Shown here piece after piece: positions 28,029 to 37,398 of a DNA stretch of 64,000 nt. Origin of the DNA: an uncultured Actinomycetota bacterium (GTDB lineage: Bacteria > Actinomycetota > Acidimicrobiia > Spongiisociales > UBA4744). Position 1 is the first letter of the stretch. Each line of letters begins with the position of its first letter. The notes below the pieces were generated by a model. That model saw only the letters and a program-made list of their open reading frames with translations, did no database searches and was not told the DNA's origin. The stretch spans positions 193,259 through 257,258 of the forward strand of contig CAVQVN010000002.1 of NCBI GenBank assembly GCA_963717135.1, written 5' to 3'. A program made the position numbers and the translations under genes.

Positions 28029-29243
28029 ATGTTGAACGGGAGTCTGAACACCGTAGCGCTGCCCGACGTGCTTAGGCTGATCGCTGCCTCGGGCAAATCC
28101 GGACTACTCCGCATCGATGATGCCTCCCCTTCGGGGCGTATCTTCCTCGTCGATGGGCGAGTGGCTTTCGCAACGAATCGAAACAACGATGACCCAATCG
28201 ACGATCTTCTTCGCATGGAATATCGGGCCGACTATGTAGGGTCGGCCGATGACCGCCGGATCGTCAATCTCACCGACCTGCTCGAGAGCAATTCCGAGGC
28301 CTTCAGCCGGTTCCTGGAACAGATGATCGTTGAGGTACTCAGCAGGATGCTTCGAATCGACGAAGGTCAATTCCGGTTCGAAGTGGACATTCGCAGCCGG
28401 CGCGAGATCCCCTTCTCGTTCGAAGTCGAAGAAGTCATCAAACAATCGGAAATCCGCGCCGAAGCCTGGACGCGCATTTTCGAGATCGTTCCGTCAACTA
28501 CCGAGCCATTCCGAATGGCGCCGCGGCTCGACGACACCGGGGAAGTCGTCCTGGCTCGCCGAGACTGGGCCCTGCTGGCCTCTATCGGAGTGTCCTCGAC
28601 CATCGACTCCATCTCGCAGCGATTGAGGATCTTCGAATTCGCGGCTGCAAAGAAGGTCGCCGAACTCACACAACGCGGGCTGATCGAATTCCTCGCAACC
28701 GGGACTCCGCAGACTTCTCTGGCGGCCACCGCGTTTCTCTCGGAGGTCGTTGATTCCGTTCACATCGAGATGGCAACGCTGAATGAAGTGGCTCCAATCA
28801 TCCACGATCTCCCCGAGCAGGACAACCGGGAGGTTCCCTACGACGAAGGGCCCGCCGACGAAGAGTCGGTCGAAAGACCGGCGGTCGAGGCCTCAGAGCT
28901 GGTAGAGATCCCCGAAGACGAAGACCCTCCCGACGATTCCGGCCCAACCTGGCTGCCGATCGAGACCGGCGCCGTTGATGGTGACGGAGAGGAAGAAGGA
29001 GAGGATCAGGACGAGGACGATCCGGCTCCCCTTCTCCAGGAACTGCATCGCCTGCACGAACCAGAAGCCGGGGACACAGGATCTTCCTCCGTCCTAGGGG
29101 AAGCCGTCGACGACGGACCGGTCGACCAAGAGGTCACCGAAGATGCAGATCTCTCCATCGACGACATCGATGGCGGCGATCTGGCTACCCGGTGGAAGAA
29201 TCTGCGCAAAGCCAAGCGAGGGGTTCACGCCGCAAACGAGTGA
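28029..29243 (+). CDS. DUF4388 (PatA-like N-terminal) domain protein with long acidic C-terminal tail
   Basis: 'MLNGSLNTVALPDVLRLIAASGKSGLLRID...IFLVDGRVAFA' DUF4388 signature; ~150-aa D/E-rich tail. Confidence 0.65.
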   Translation: MLNGSLNTVALPDVLRLIAASGKSGLLRIDDASPSGRIFLVDGRVAFATNRNNDDPIDDLLRMEYRADYVGSADDRRIVNLTDLLESNSEAFSRFLEQMIVEVLSRMLRIDEGQFRFEVDIRSRREIPFSFEVEEVIKQSEIRAEAWTRIFEIVPSTTEPFRMAPRLDDTGEVVLARRDWALLASIGVSSTIDSISQRLRIFEFAAAKKVAELTQRGLIEFLATGTPQTSLAATAFLSEVVDSVHIEMATLNEVAPIIHDLPEQDNREVPYDEGPADEESVERPAVEASELVEIPEDEDPPDDSGPTWLPIETGAVDGDGEEEGEDQDEDDPAPLLQELHRLHEPEAGDTGSSSVLGEAVDDGPVDQEVTEDADLSIDDIDGGDLATRWKNLRKAKRGVHAANE

Positions 29244-29268
29244 CCAGCGGTGGTCCACCTGGGCTGCT

Positions 29269-30276
29269 CTACGGTTGGCACACCCAGTGACCCCATGCCC
29301 CCCGTGGATGTCCGGACTGGATCGAGTACTCGACCAGCCAGGCCGCGGCGGCGACGTTGGCTTCAGCGTCGAAACGGCTGGCACCGGCAAAACCGGCGTT
29401 GACACTCGAGAAAACCCAGGTTCCGGCCAGGAACTGGTAGAGACCGGTAGCGCCTGACTCAGGATGTACCGCGTCGGCATTCCCTCTGCTCTCGCAGGCC
29501 ATTACCCGCAATGCTTCCTCGGTCCGATCCGCCGGGAAATACTGCTCAACCAACGAGCGCCAGGGCTCGACGCCGGCCCGCGCCGCCCGGCGGCGTTGGG
29601 CGGCCTCCCACGCCCCCAGAGCTTGCTGATAACCGGCATCGGCTTGCTGGAGCCCCGCATAGGACTGGGCGTACCGGGAATCGACCTCGAGGAAGAGACC
29701 CTCCAGCATGTCTAGCTGACCCACGTTGTCTTCCCGGAGTGTGCGCAGTTGCTCCTGAGCCTCCTGGTAGCCGCCCTGCAGGCTTCGGAGACGGTCTCGC
29801 TCAACCGTCAGATCCACCAATAGGAGCGATTCTGCCCTCTTGGCCGCGGCCGCGGTTTCCTCCAGCAGGGCGCTTTGCTCGAAGTTCGACGCCGACCAGA
29901 TCGATAACAGATCGCCGCCGGTGCCGATCATGTAGGTCTCGACAACCCGGGATTCGGTTGTCTCCCGGAGGTACCGGAGGCGCGCCTCCGCTTCGAGGAT
30001 CTCATCTCGCAAATCGAATACCCGGAATGCGGCGTCCTCGAGTTGGGTGTTGGTCTGTTCGAGGGCGAACAAAGCTGCCATCAATCGGGCCTGTATGGTG
30101 CCACGTTGAACAGCCCAGTCGTCGACCATCTCCTGGGCGGCGTCTCGTTCGGCCTTCGCCCGGGCTACCTCGCCGTCTGCCCGATCTACCTCAGTTTGGG
30201 CAAAGGCGCCCCCCGGGAGCAACGCCGGCACCAGCAATCCGGCCAAGACCAAAGGCAGCAGACGTCGATACCTCAT
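29269..30276 (-). CDS. Secreted coiled-coil protein with C-terminal Rpf-type transglycosylase-like domain
   Basis: Signal peptide; ~220 aa heptad-rich; C-terminus 'ACESRGNADAVHPESGATGLYQFLAGTW' resembles the Rpf/transglycosylase-like motif CESGGN...GL.QF...TW. Confidence 0.7.
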   Translation of the reverse strand: MRYRRLLPLVLAGLLVPALLPGGAFAQTEVDRADGEVARAKAERDAAQEMVDDWAVQRGTIQARLMAALFALEQTNTQLEDAAFRVFDLRDEILEAEARLRYLRETTESRVVETYMIGTGGDLLSIWSASNFEQSALLEETAAAAKRAESLLLVDLTVERDRLRSLQGGYQEAQEQLRTLREDNVGQLDMLEGLFLEVDSRYAQSYAGLQQADAGYQQALGAWEAAQRRRAARAGVEPWRSLVEQYFPADRTEEALRVMACESRGNADAVHPESGATGLYQFLAGTWVFSSVNAGFAGASRFDAEANVAAAAWLVEYSIQSGHPRGAWGHWVCQP

Positions 30277-30318
30277 AGGGGCGGAGCGTACCGGTGGCGA
30301 GGTGGGAAACCGCGGATA

Positions 30319-31020
30319 TCAGTCGAAGAGGGTTGGCTGCGGATCGGATCGATGATGACGATGCACACCCGGCCAGATCAGCCCATCCATGAAGGCCCAG
30401 GTACGGCGGTGCAGGGTGGTCGGGCCCCAGGCCTGCAAGGCGGCTTTGTGAACCGGACACGGATATCCCTTGTTCCCTTCGAAATTGAAGGCCGGATAGT
30501 GCTCGGCTTCCCTGCGCATGATGCGATCCCGCGTTACTTTCGCCAGCACCGACGCAGCCGAGATCGAGAGAATGGTGGCATCTCCTCTGACGATCTTGGT
30601 CGTTCTTCCCCCGCCCACAAAGTCCCAGTTGCCGTCGATCAGTACTCGGTCCGGCCTTCTCCCCAGACCTTCGAGGGCCCTTCGGGCCGCCAGTCGCTGG
30701 GCTGCCGACATCCCCAGATCGTCACATTCAAGGTGGCTGGCATGCCCGACCGACCAGGCCAAACACCAATCGGCCACCCGATCGAAAAGGGCTTCCCGCT
30801 CCTTCTCGGTGAGCATCTTGGAGTCGCGGATCTTGTAGACCCGGGAGCTTCTGGGCACGACGGCCGCCCCGACGCTGATCGGACCCGCCCAGGCGCCTCG
30901 ACCGACCTCGTCGACGCCAACGACCACTTCATAGCCGAGATCCCACATCCGCCGTTCGACGGCTAGGTTCGGTGCACGGGTCTTGAGCGACTTGCGAAGG
31001 CGGGGCACTGTGGTCGGCAC
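30319..31020 (-). CDS. rnhB: Ribonuclease HII
   Basis: 'VGVDEVGRGAWAGPISVGAAV', 'DSKMLTEKERE'; N-terminal extension resembles the actinobacterial RnhB extension. Confidence 0.9.
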   Translation of the reverse strand: MPTTVPRLRKSLKTRAPNLAVERRMWDLGYEVVVGVDEVGRGAWAGPISVGAAVVPRSSRVYKIRDSKMLTEKEREALFDRVADWCLAWSVGHASHLECDDLGMSAAQRLAARRALEGLGRRPDRVLIDGNWDFVGGGRTTKIVRGDATILSISAASVLAKVTRDRIMRREAEHYPAFNFEGNKGYPCPVHKAALQAWGPTTLHRRTWAFMDGLIWPGVHRHHRSDPQPTLFD

Positions 31021-31042
31021 CGGAGGAGGATACCGGGGTGGT

Positions 31043-31597
31043 TCAGTTCAAGCCAGGATTAGGCGGAAAGGTGGCGTACACCGCGAGTCTTCCGCCTTGT
31101 CTTGCCAACACACCGCTCCACAGGCCCGCCGGATTCTCGACCAACCCGTCCCCGGGCTGCAATGCAACGACGAACCATCCGCCTTCAGCAATCTCGGCTT
31201 CCAGCTGTCCCGGCTCCCATCCGGCGTATCCGCTGAATACTCGAAGACCTTCGAGACTGAATGCCTCGGCCGGATCAGAATCGAGATCGAACAAGCCCAA
31301 ACCCATCGCAATAGCAGCGAATCCTTCGGGAGCCGGTTGATCTGCCGACAACCCGGCAAGCCCGATCGCCACGTCGCGCTGTACCGGCCCACCCTCGAAC
31401 ACGACTCTGGGCTCGACGACCAGATGGGTCCAACCGGGCAAATAGTCGGCCACCATCGCCTTGGATGGTCGGTTGATGATCAGGCCGAGAGCACCCGATT
31501 CGGTGTGATCACAGATCAGGACAACCGATCTGGCAAAGTTGGGGTCGAGCATGTGCGGAACGGCCACCAGCAACATGCCGGCGAGGTTGTCGCTCAT
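31043..31597 (-). CDS. YqgE/AlgH-family (UPF0301) protein
   Basis: 'MLLVAVPHMLDPNFARSVVLICDHTESGALGLIINRP'. Confidence 0.85.
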   Translation of the reverse strand: MSDNLAGMLLVAVPHMLDPNFARSVVLICDHTESGALGLIINRPSKAMVADYLPGWTHLVVEPRVVFEGGPVQRDVAIGLAGLSADQPAPEGFAAIAMGLGLFDLDSDPAEAFSLEGLRVFSGYAGWEPGQLEAEIAEGGWFVVALQPGDGLVENPAGLWSGVLARQGGRLAVYATFPPNPGLN

Positions 31598-31617
31598 AAG
31601 TCCATTCTGCCACTGAG

Positions 31618-32103
31618 CTAGTCGCGGAAGTTGATGTATTGCAGTGGCAGCTTGTAGTCGAGGCTTTTCAAGTCGGCGATGACCTGCTGGAGATCATCAC
31701 GTTTGCTACCACTGATGCGGACCCGGTCTCCATGCACCTGGGCTTTCACCTTCAGCTTCATGTCCCGGACTCGCTTGGCCAATTCTCGGGCCGAATCCTG
31801 ATCGATCCCCTGGTTGAGTGAGAAGACGGCCCGGAACCGTGCTCCTCCCACCTCCTGAGGGATTCCTCCCGATAGCGACTTCAACGACACCCGACGGCGT
31901 ACGAGCTTCTCTTTGAGGACGACCTCGGCGGCCTCGAGCCGGCCCTCCGAGGAAGACTCGAGCACTATCCCGTCATCGGTCAGGCGCACTTCAGTTTCGG
32001 TTCCTTTGAAGTCGTACCGGGTTCTCACCTCGCGGGTTGCTTGGTCAACGGCATTACGAACTTCCTGAAGGTCCACTTCTGAAACAACGTCAAAACTAGG
32101 CAT
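31618..32103 (-). CDS. yajQ: YajQ-family nucleotide-binding protein
   Basis: 'MPSFDVVSEVDLQEVRNAVDQATREVRTRYDFKGT'. Confidence 0.85.
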   Translation of the reverse strand: MPSFDVVSEVDLQEVRNAVDQATREVRTRYDFKGTETEVRLTDDGIVLESSSEGRLEAAEVVLKEKLVRRRVSLKSLSGGIPQEVGGARFRAVFSLNQGIDQDSARELAKRVRDMKLKVKAQVHGDRVRISGSKRDDLQQVIADLKSLDYKLPLQYINFRD

Positions 32104-32173
32104 GCCCACGACGTTAGTGCATCAGTACACCAACCGGGACCCGACCCGGCCGGAGGGGACTAGGTTGGGATGG

Positions 32174-32695
32174 GTGTTCATCCGCAGGGCCGAGCCAACC
32201 GACCTCGTTGAGGTTGCTGCCATCGCCGAAGGATCCTGGCAGGCCGCCTACGCGGGGTTGCTCAAACCTCAAACCGTCTCTTCGTGGGTTGAAGCGGCGT
32301 ACTCGCCGGCAGCACTCCGCCAGCGTTGGGAAGACCACCCCATCTACCTGGTGATGGAAGGAGGGTCCGTCGTTGCGTTTACCGACGCCTTTATCGAGGA
32401 CGACCAGATCGTAGTCAGCGCTCTCTGCACCCATCCTGCCTATCGTCGCCGCGGTGCCGCCGGCATCCTGCTCGATTGGATCCGGTCACAGGCGCCGTCC
32501 CTGCCGATCATTGCGGACGTGGTCCTCGGCAACCAGGCGGCCGAGAGCTTTTACGAAGCCAGAGGATTCGTGCCGGGGGAAACCATGCAGGTGGTGCTCT
32601 TTGGTGAACGGCTGATCGAGCGCCGGTGGTGGTTGGCCGTTGGCGTCGAACCGCCCCGCCCGAATCGCCACCGAACCGCCGGTTCTCTCGGATAA
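32174..32695 (+). CDS. GNAT-family N-acetyltransferase (start uncertain)
   Basis: 'QIVVSALCTHPAYRRRGAAGILLDWI' acetyl-CoA-binding motif. The track start 32102 overlaps the yajQ start codon in a CATG palindrome, so a downstream GTG is preferred. Confidence 0.7.
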   Translation: MFIRRAEPTDLVEVAAIAEGSWQAAYAGLLKPQTVSSWVEAAYSPAALRQRWEDHPIYLVMEGGSVVAFTDAFIEDDQIVVSALCTHPAYRRRGAAGILLDWIRSQAPSLPIIADVVLGNQAAESFYEARGFVPGETMQVVLFGERLIERRWWLAVGVEPPRPNRHRTAGSLG

Positions 32696-32704
32696 CCTGG
32701 CTCG

Positions 32705-33754
32705 ATGCAGTACGGCCAGTTGCCCAAGGTCCTCCTTCACGAACACCTGGACGGCTCCCTGCGGGTCGGCACGATCCTCGATCTTGCTTCCGGGTACGGT
32801 TACCAACATCTGCCCAGTGTCGATCCGGATGCGCTGGCCGACTGGTTCGATCAGAACGAGTCGGGTTCCCTGGAGCACTACCTGGAGTCCTTTCGGCATA
32901 CCCTCGCCGTGATGCAGACGGCGGAGGCCATCGAAAGAGTGGCATTCGAGTCCCTTGTCGACCTCGCGGCGGACGGCGTGGTCTATGCAGAGATCCGGTT
33001 TGCGCCCAGCCTGTGCACTGCCGGCGGTCTTTCCGGCCGGCAAGTCGTCGATGCCGCCCTGGTCGGCTTCCGCCAGGCCGAGCGGGCAACGGGTATTGAA
33101 TCCGGGCTGATTCTCGACGCAATGCGCGACGCCACCGACTCTCTCGAGGTAGCCCGGCTGGCGGTGGAAATGGAACCAAGAGGCGTTGTGGGCTTCGACC
33201 TGGCCGGTCCGGAACGAGGCTTTCCGGCGGACGGTCATCTTCCCGCATGTCGGTACATTCGTGAAGCATCCATGGCGCTGACCATTCACGCCGGCGAAGC
33301 GGATGGTCCGGACAGCATCTGGAGAGCCTTGCAGCGCTGTGGTGCCCACCGCATCGGACACGGTATTCACATCATCGACGATTGCCTGGTCGAAGATGGT
33401 GAGATCGTGTCGCTGGGAAGGTTGGCCTCCTATGTTCGCGACCACCAGGTGCCGCTCGAGGTGTGCATCACTTCCAATCTCCAGACCGGGGATTACGTGG
33501 ATCCCGGCGACCATCCGGTGGGAGCGTTACATCGAGCCGGATTTGTGATCACCCTCAGCACCGACAACCGCTTGATGAGCAGGACCTCGATGTCGGAAGA
33601 ATTCGCTCTCGTGGTCGAGAATCACGACTTCACGACTCGGGATCTCCGGCAGGTCACCGAACAGTCGATGATGGCCGCCTTCTGCCCCCTGCCCACCAAG
33701 GAGCGGCTCCTCACCGAGCGGATTCGTCCCGGATACGAGAGAGTCGGGGTCTAA
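32705..33754 (+). CDS. add: Adenosine deaminase (second paralog)
   Basis: 'KVLLHEHLDGSLR', 'HAGEADGPDSIWRAL...IGHGIH', 'VCITSNLQTG'. Confidence 0.9.
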   Translation: MQYGQLPKVLLHEHLDGSLRVGTILDLASGYGYQHLPSVDPDALADWFDQNESGSLEHYLESFRHTLAVMQTAEAIERVAFESLVDLAADGVVYAEIRFAPSLCTAGGLSGRQVVDAALVGFRQAERATGIESGLILDAMRDATDSLEVARLAVEMEPRGVVGFDLAGPERGFPADGHLPACRYIREASMALTIHAGEADGPDSIWRALQRCGAHRIGHGIHIIDDCLVEDGEIVSLGRLASYVRDHQVPLEVCITSNLQTGDYVDPGDHPVGALHRAGFVITLSTDNRLMSRTSMSEEFALVVENHDFTTRDLRQVTEQSMMAAFCPLPTKERLLTERIRPGYERVGV

Positions 33755-34578
33755 AGGTCGAGCTTCTTCCGGAGCCACTCGATCACCGCCGCCACCACCT
33801 CCGGCCCTTCTGGTTCATTGTGAGTTTCATGACGCAAGGACGGATAGAGGCGACGCTCGGCATCCGGTAGATCTCCAATGGGCGCACTGGCGTGAGGGCG
33901 AGCAATGGTGTCGGCCCCGCCGTGGACCACAAACGCCGGCACGGGAAGTTTGCTCAAACCGGCTCGCACACGTGCTTGTTCGCGAAGACTGGCAGCACCC
34001 CAGGCCGCCGTGATCTTGGTTTCGACCAACTCATCCGCGAAGTACGACTCGCCCACCGCCGGGTCCCGAGCCAGCTGCTCGCCTTTGAGGCCGCCATCGA
34101 GCCGCAACCGGGGCGCGATCTTGGCGATCAGCGGGATGAGCGCCTTCAGCAAAGGCGGGGCGGCGGTTTCCAGCCAAGGTGACGTTACAACCAACAAATC
34201 GGGAAGCTGGTTGTCGGAGAGGCAATAACCCAGCGAAATGAGCCCCCCCATCGAGTGCCCGTAGAGCACCAGCGGGAGACCGGCTACCCGTGTATTGACC
34301 ACCCGCTCGGCCAGGTCATGGTGATAGGTGTCGTACACATCCACATGCCAGCGGGTTCCGCCCGACTCTCCATGTCCCACCCAGTCGAAGCTATGAACGT
34401 CCAAACCTGCCGTGACCATCTGGTCGGCAACATGGTCGTACCGGGCGCTGTGCTCCCCGCCGCCATGGACGATCAACACTGTCGCCCACGGAGAGGCATC
34501 ACCCGACCAGTGCCTGCGCAACTGGCGCTCGCCCGAAGCGGAGGTCGCGATCTCGTCGGTTCGTTTGGCCATGGTCAC
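33751..34578 (-). CDS. Alpha/beta hydrolase (lysophospholipase/monoacylglycerol lipase-like)
   Basis: 'VLIVHGGGEHSARYDHVA', 'LYGHSMGGLISL'. Confidence 0.8.
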   Translation of the reverse strand: MTMAKRTDEIATSASGERQLRRHWSGDASPWATVLIVHGGGEHSARYDHVADQMVTAGLDVHSFDWVGHGESGGTRWHVDVYDTYHHDLAERVVNTRVAGLPLVLYGHSMGGLISLGYCLSDNQLPDLLVVTSPWLETAAPPLLKALIPLIAKIAPRLRLDGGLKGEQLARDPAVGESYFADELVETKITAAWGAASLREQARVRAGLSKLPVPAFVVHGGADTIARPHASAPIGDLPDAERRLYPSLRHETHNEPEGPEVVAAVIEWLRKKLDL

Positions 34579-36065
34579 TCCCTTCCCGTCCAGGTCACCT
34601 GGAGATTGCGAGCCGCCAGGGCGTCGTCCGGCCGGTGCACGGGCGTGCGCCGCGGGGCATCCTTCACAGCCTCTGCATCCTCGTAGGCGAGCTCGGCGAT
34701 CTCCACCAGTGCTGCCGCCAACGCTTCAATGGTCTCGCGGGACTGGGTCTCCGTCGGTTCGATCATCAGCGCTTCGTCGACGATCAGCGGAAAATACACG
34801 GTTGGCGGGTGGTAGCCGCGGTCCATGAGCGCTTTGACGATGTCCATGGCCCGCACCCCGGTGTCCTTCTTGATCGTTTTGGCCGAGGTGACAAATTCGT
34901 GCATGCAGGTGCTCGGATATGGGAGGTCGTATCGATCACCCAGCAGGTGTTCCAGGTAGCGAGCGTTGAGAACCGCCCGTTCCGCCACCCGGCGCAGACC
35001 CTCACCTCCGAGCGCCCGCATGTACACCAGGGCGCGCAGCACGACCAGGAAGTTGCCGTGCTGGCCGTGAACTCGCCCGATGCTGGCCGCCGGAGTTTCC
35101 CAACCGATATGACCGCTTTCTCCTCGAACCGGAAGAGGTCCGGGGAGATAGCGAACGAGATTAGAGCACACCGCCACCGGTCCCGCTCCCGGTCCGCCGC
35201 CACCGTGCGGAGTGGCGAAGGTCTTGTGGAGGTTCGAATGGACGATGTCGAATCCCATATCACCGGGCCGGGCAATCCCCATGATGGCGTTGAGGTTGGC
35301 TCCGTCGTAGTACAACAAACCCCCGATTTCGTGGACCGCCTCGGCGATCTCGAGGATCTCTTCCTCGAACAGGCCCAGGGTGTTCGGGTTGGTGAGCATC
35401 AGCCCGGCCACCTGTTCGTCGAGGGCCTCACGTAGTGCCGCCAGGGAGACCATGCCCCGGTCGTTGGATGCCACCTCGACCGCCTGATAGCCGGACAGAG
35501 TGACCGAGGCAGGATTCGTGCCATGCGCCGAGTCGGGGATGAGGACCTTGGTTCGGGCGTCACCGTTGGCCTCGTGGTGAGCTCGCATGATCATCAAACC
35601 GGTCAGTTCACCGGATGCTCCGGCCGGCGGTTGGAAGGTGGCTCGCGCCATCCCGGTGAGATCACAGAGGATCTTCTCGGTCTCCAGCAGGACCTCCAAA
35701 GCACCCTGGACGAGATGCGCGGGCGTGTTCGGGTGCAATCCGGCGAAATCGGGATGGGCTCCCGCCCAGTCGCAGATCTTCGGGTTGTACTTCATGGTGC
35801 ACGACCCGAGCGGGTAAGCACCCAGATCAACTGCGAAGTTGCGGTGAGCCAGACGGGTGAAGTGCATGACCAGGTCATGCTCCCCCACTTCCGGCAGAGC
35901 GGCCACTTGCCGGGCCGCTTCCGGAAAGTCGAGGCGACGATGCGGAACATCGAGTGCCGGGAATGAGGACGCCCGCCGACCGGGGCTCGAGAACTCGATC
36001 AGTGCGGGTTCGGCGTCGCCACCGACGAGCGGTGCAGATGATGCGCGACCTCCGGGTTCAGGCAT
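34575..36065 (-). CDS. gcvPB: Glycine dehydrogenase (decarboxylating) subunit 2 (C-terminal P-protein half)
   Basis: PLP lysine region 'HSNLHKTFATPHGGGGPGAGPVAV'. Confidence 0.95.
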   Translation of the reverse strand: MPEPGGRASSAPLVGGDAEPALIEFSSPGRRASSFPALDVPHRRLDFPEAARQVAALPEVGEHDLVMHFTRLAHRNFAVDLGAYPLGSCTMKYNPKICDWAGAHPDFAGLHPNTPAHLVQGALEVLLETEKILCDLTGMARATFQPPAGASGELTGLMIMRAHHEANGDARTKVLIPDSAHGTNPASVTLSGYQAVEVASNDRGMVSLAALREALDEQVAGLMLTNPNTLGLFEEEILEIAEAVHEIGGLLYYDGANLNAIMGIARPGDMGFDIVHSNLHKTFATPHGGGGPGAGPVAVCSNLVRYLPGPLPVRGESGHIGWETPAASIGRVHGQHGNFLVVLRALVYMRALGGEGLRRVAERAVLNARYLEHLLGDRYDLPYPSTCMHEFVTSAKTIKKDTGVRAMDIVKALMDRGYHPPTVYFPLIVDEALMIEPTETQSRETIEALAAALVEIAELAYEDAEAVKDAPRRTPVHRPDDALAARNLQVTWTGRE

Positions 36066-37398
36066 GGGCCAGCACCTCCTTCAAGGCTTCGACGTATCCA
36101 TCCAGTTCAGCCCTCGATCGCTTCTCGGTCACGGCCACCAGGATCGCGTGCGGAAGTTCCGGATAGTCTCCGCTGAGCGAGATCCCCGCCAGGTAGCCTT
36201 GCTCCGCCATGGCATCGATGACCGTGTCTGGATCGGCCGGCAAGGTGAGAGCGAATTCCCGCACGAAGGCAGCGTCGCTCACCATTTCGACCCCCGGCAG
36301 TTCGGTCAATCGATCGGCCAGGTAGTGGGCTTTTTGCGCCGATTGGTCACCTGCCTCGCGCAGGCCGGCCGGCCCCAGCCAGGCAAGGTGGATCGCCGAG
36401 GCGAGCGCGTTGAGCGACTGATTGGTGCAGATGTTCGATGAAGCCTTGGCACGTCGGATGTCTTGCTCGCGGGCTCGCAGAGTCAGTACGTATGCGGTGT
36501 TGTCTTCCCTATCGACCGTCTTGCCGACCAGCCGGCCCGGGATACGTCGCATATGGGCTGAAGTAGTGGCAAACAGACCGACCACCGGGCCTCCGAAGGA
36601 AAGCGGATTACCGAGTGGTTGTCCCTCCGCCACCGCCATGTCGAATCCGGCCGTCCCGGGATTCCGGATCAAGCCCAGGGTCATTGGATCGACCGAAGCA
36701 ACGGCCAGGGCTCCCGCCGAGCGGGCTACCGCCACCGTCCGATCGTAGTCCTCGATGATGCCCAGATAGTTCGGCTGGGCAACGATGACGGCGGCCGGAG
36801 CCGGCTGAGCGGATTCGTCCCAGACGGTCGTTCCGTCAACCAACTGGTGTTCGACCACTTCGATACCGCGGACTGCCGCGAAAGTGGCGATGGTCTCCCG
36901 AGTCCGGGGAGCCAAACCCCGTGACACCCAGACGGCGTTGCGGCCGGTGGCGGCCACTGCCAGATTCACCGCCTCGACGGCCGCCGTGGCTCCGTCGTAC
37001 AGCGAGGCGTTGGCGACGTCCATACCGGTAATCTCGCACACCATCGACTGAAACTCGAACAGCGCTTGTAGCACCCCTTGGGAAACTTCGGGCTGATAGG
37101 GCGTGTAGGCGGTGACAAACTCCGGCCGCATCGTCAGCGCCGTCACAACGGGTGGCAGGTAGTGGTCGTAGTACCCGCCGCCGGCGAAGCAAACGAGATC
37201 CGACTGGTTTCGTTTCCCCAGGGAATCCACGATCTGCATGACCTCGAATTCGGACACCGGTTCGGGCAGATCGGGAAGGTGGTCCAGCAGGGCTCCGGGC
37301 GGCAGATGCGAGAACAATTCAGATATCTGTTTCAAGCCGACGGCTTCCAGCATCAAGGCAACGTCGTCATCGGTGTGGGGTGTGAAATCCACAGTCAA
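36058..37398 (-). CDS. gcvPA: Glycine dehydrogenase (decarboxylating) subunit 1 (N-terminal P-protein half)
   Basis: 'FTPHTDDDVALMLEAVGL...'; probable TTG/GTG start overlapping the gcvT stop, with GGAGAGGA SD. Confidence 0.9.
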   Translation of the reverse strand: MTVDFTPHTDDDVALMLEAVGLKQISELFSHLPPGALLDHLPDLPEPVSEFEVMQIVDSLGKRNQSDLVCFAGGGYYDHYLPPVVTALTMRPEFVTAYTPYQPEVSQGVLQALFEFQSMVCEITGMDVANASLYDGATAAVEAVNLAVAATGRNAVWVSRGLAPRTRETIATFAAVRGIEVVEHQLVDGTTVWDESAQPAPAAVIVAQPNYLGIIEDYDRTVAVARSAGALAVASVDPMTLGLIRNPGTAGFDMAVAEGQPLGNPLSFGGPVVGLFATTSAHMRRIPGRLVGKTVDREDNTAYVLTLRAREQDIRRAKASSNICTNQSLNALASAIHLAWLGPAGLREAGDQSAQKAHYLADRLTELPGVEMVSDAAFVREFALTLPADPDTVIDAMAEQGYLAGISLSGDYPELPHAILVAVTEKRSRAELDGYVEALKEVLAHA

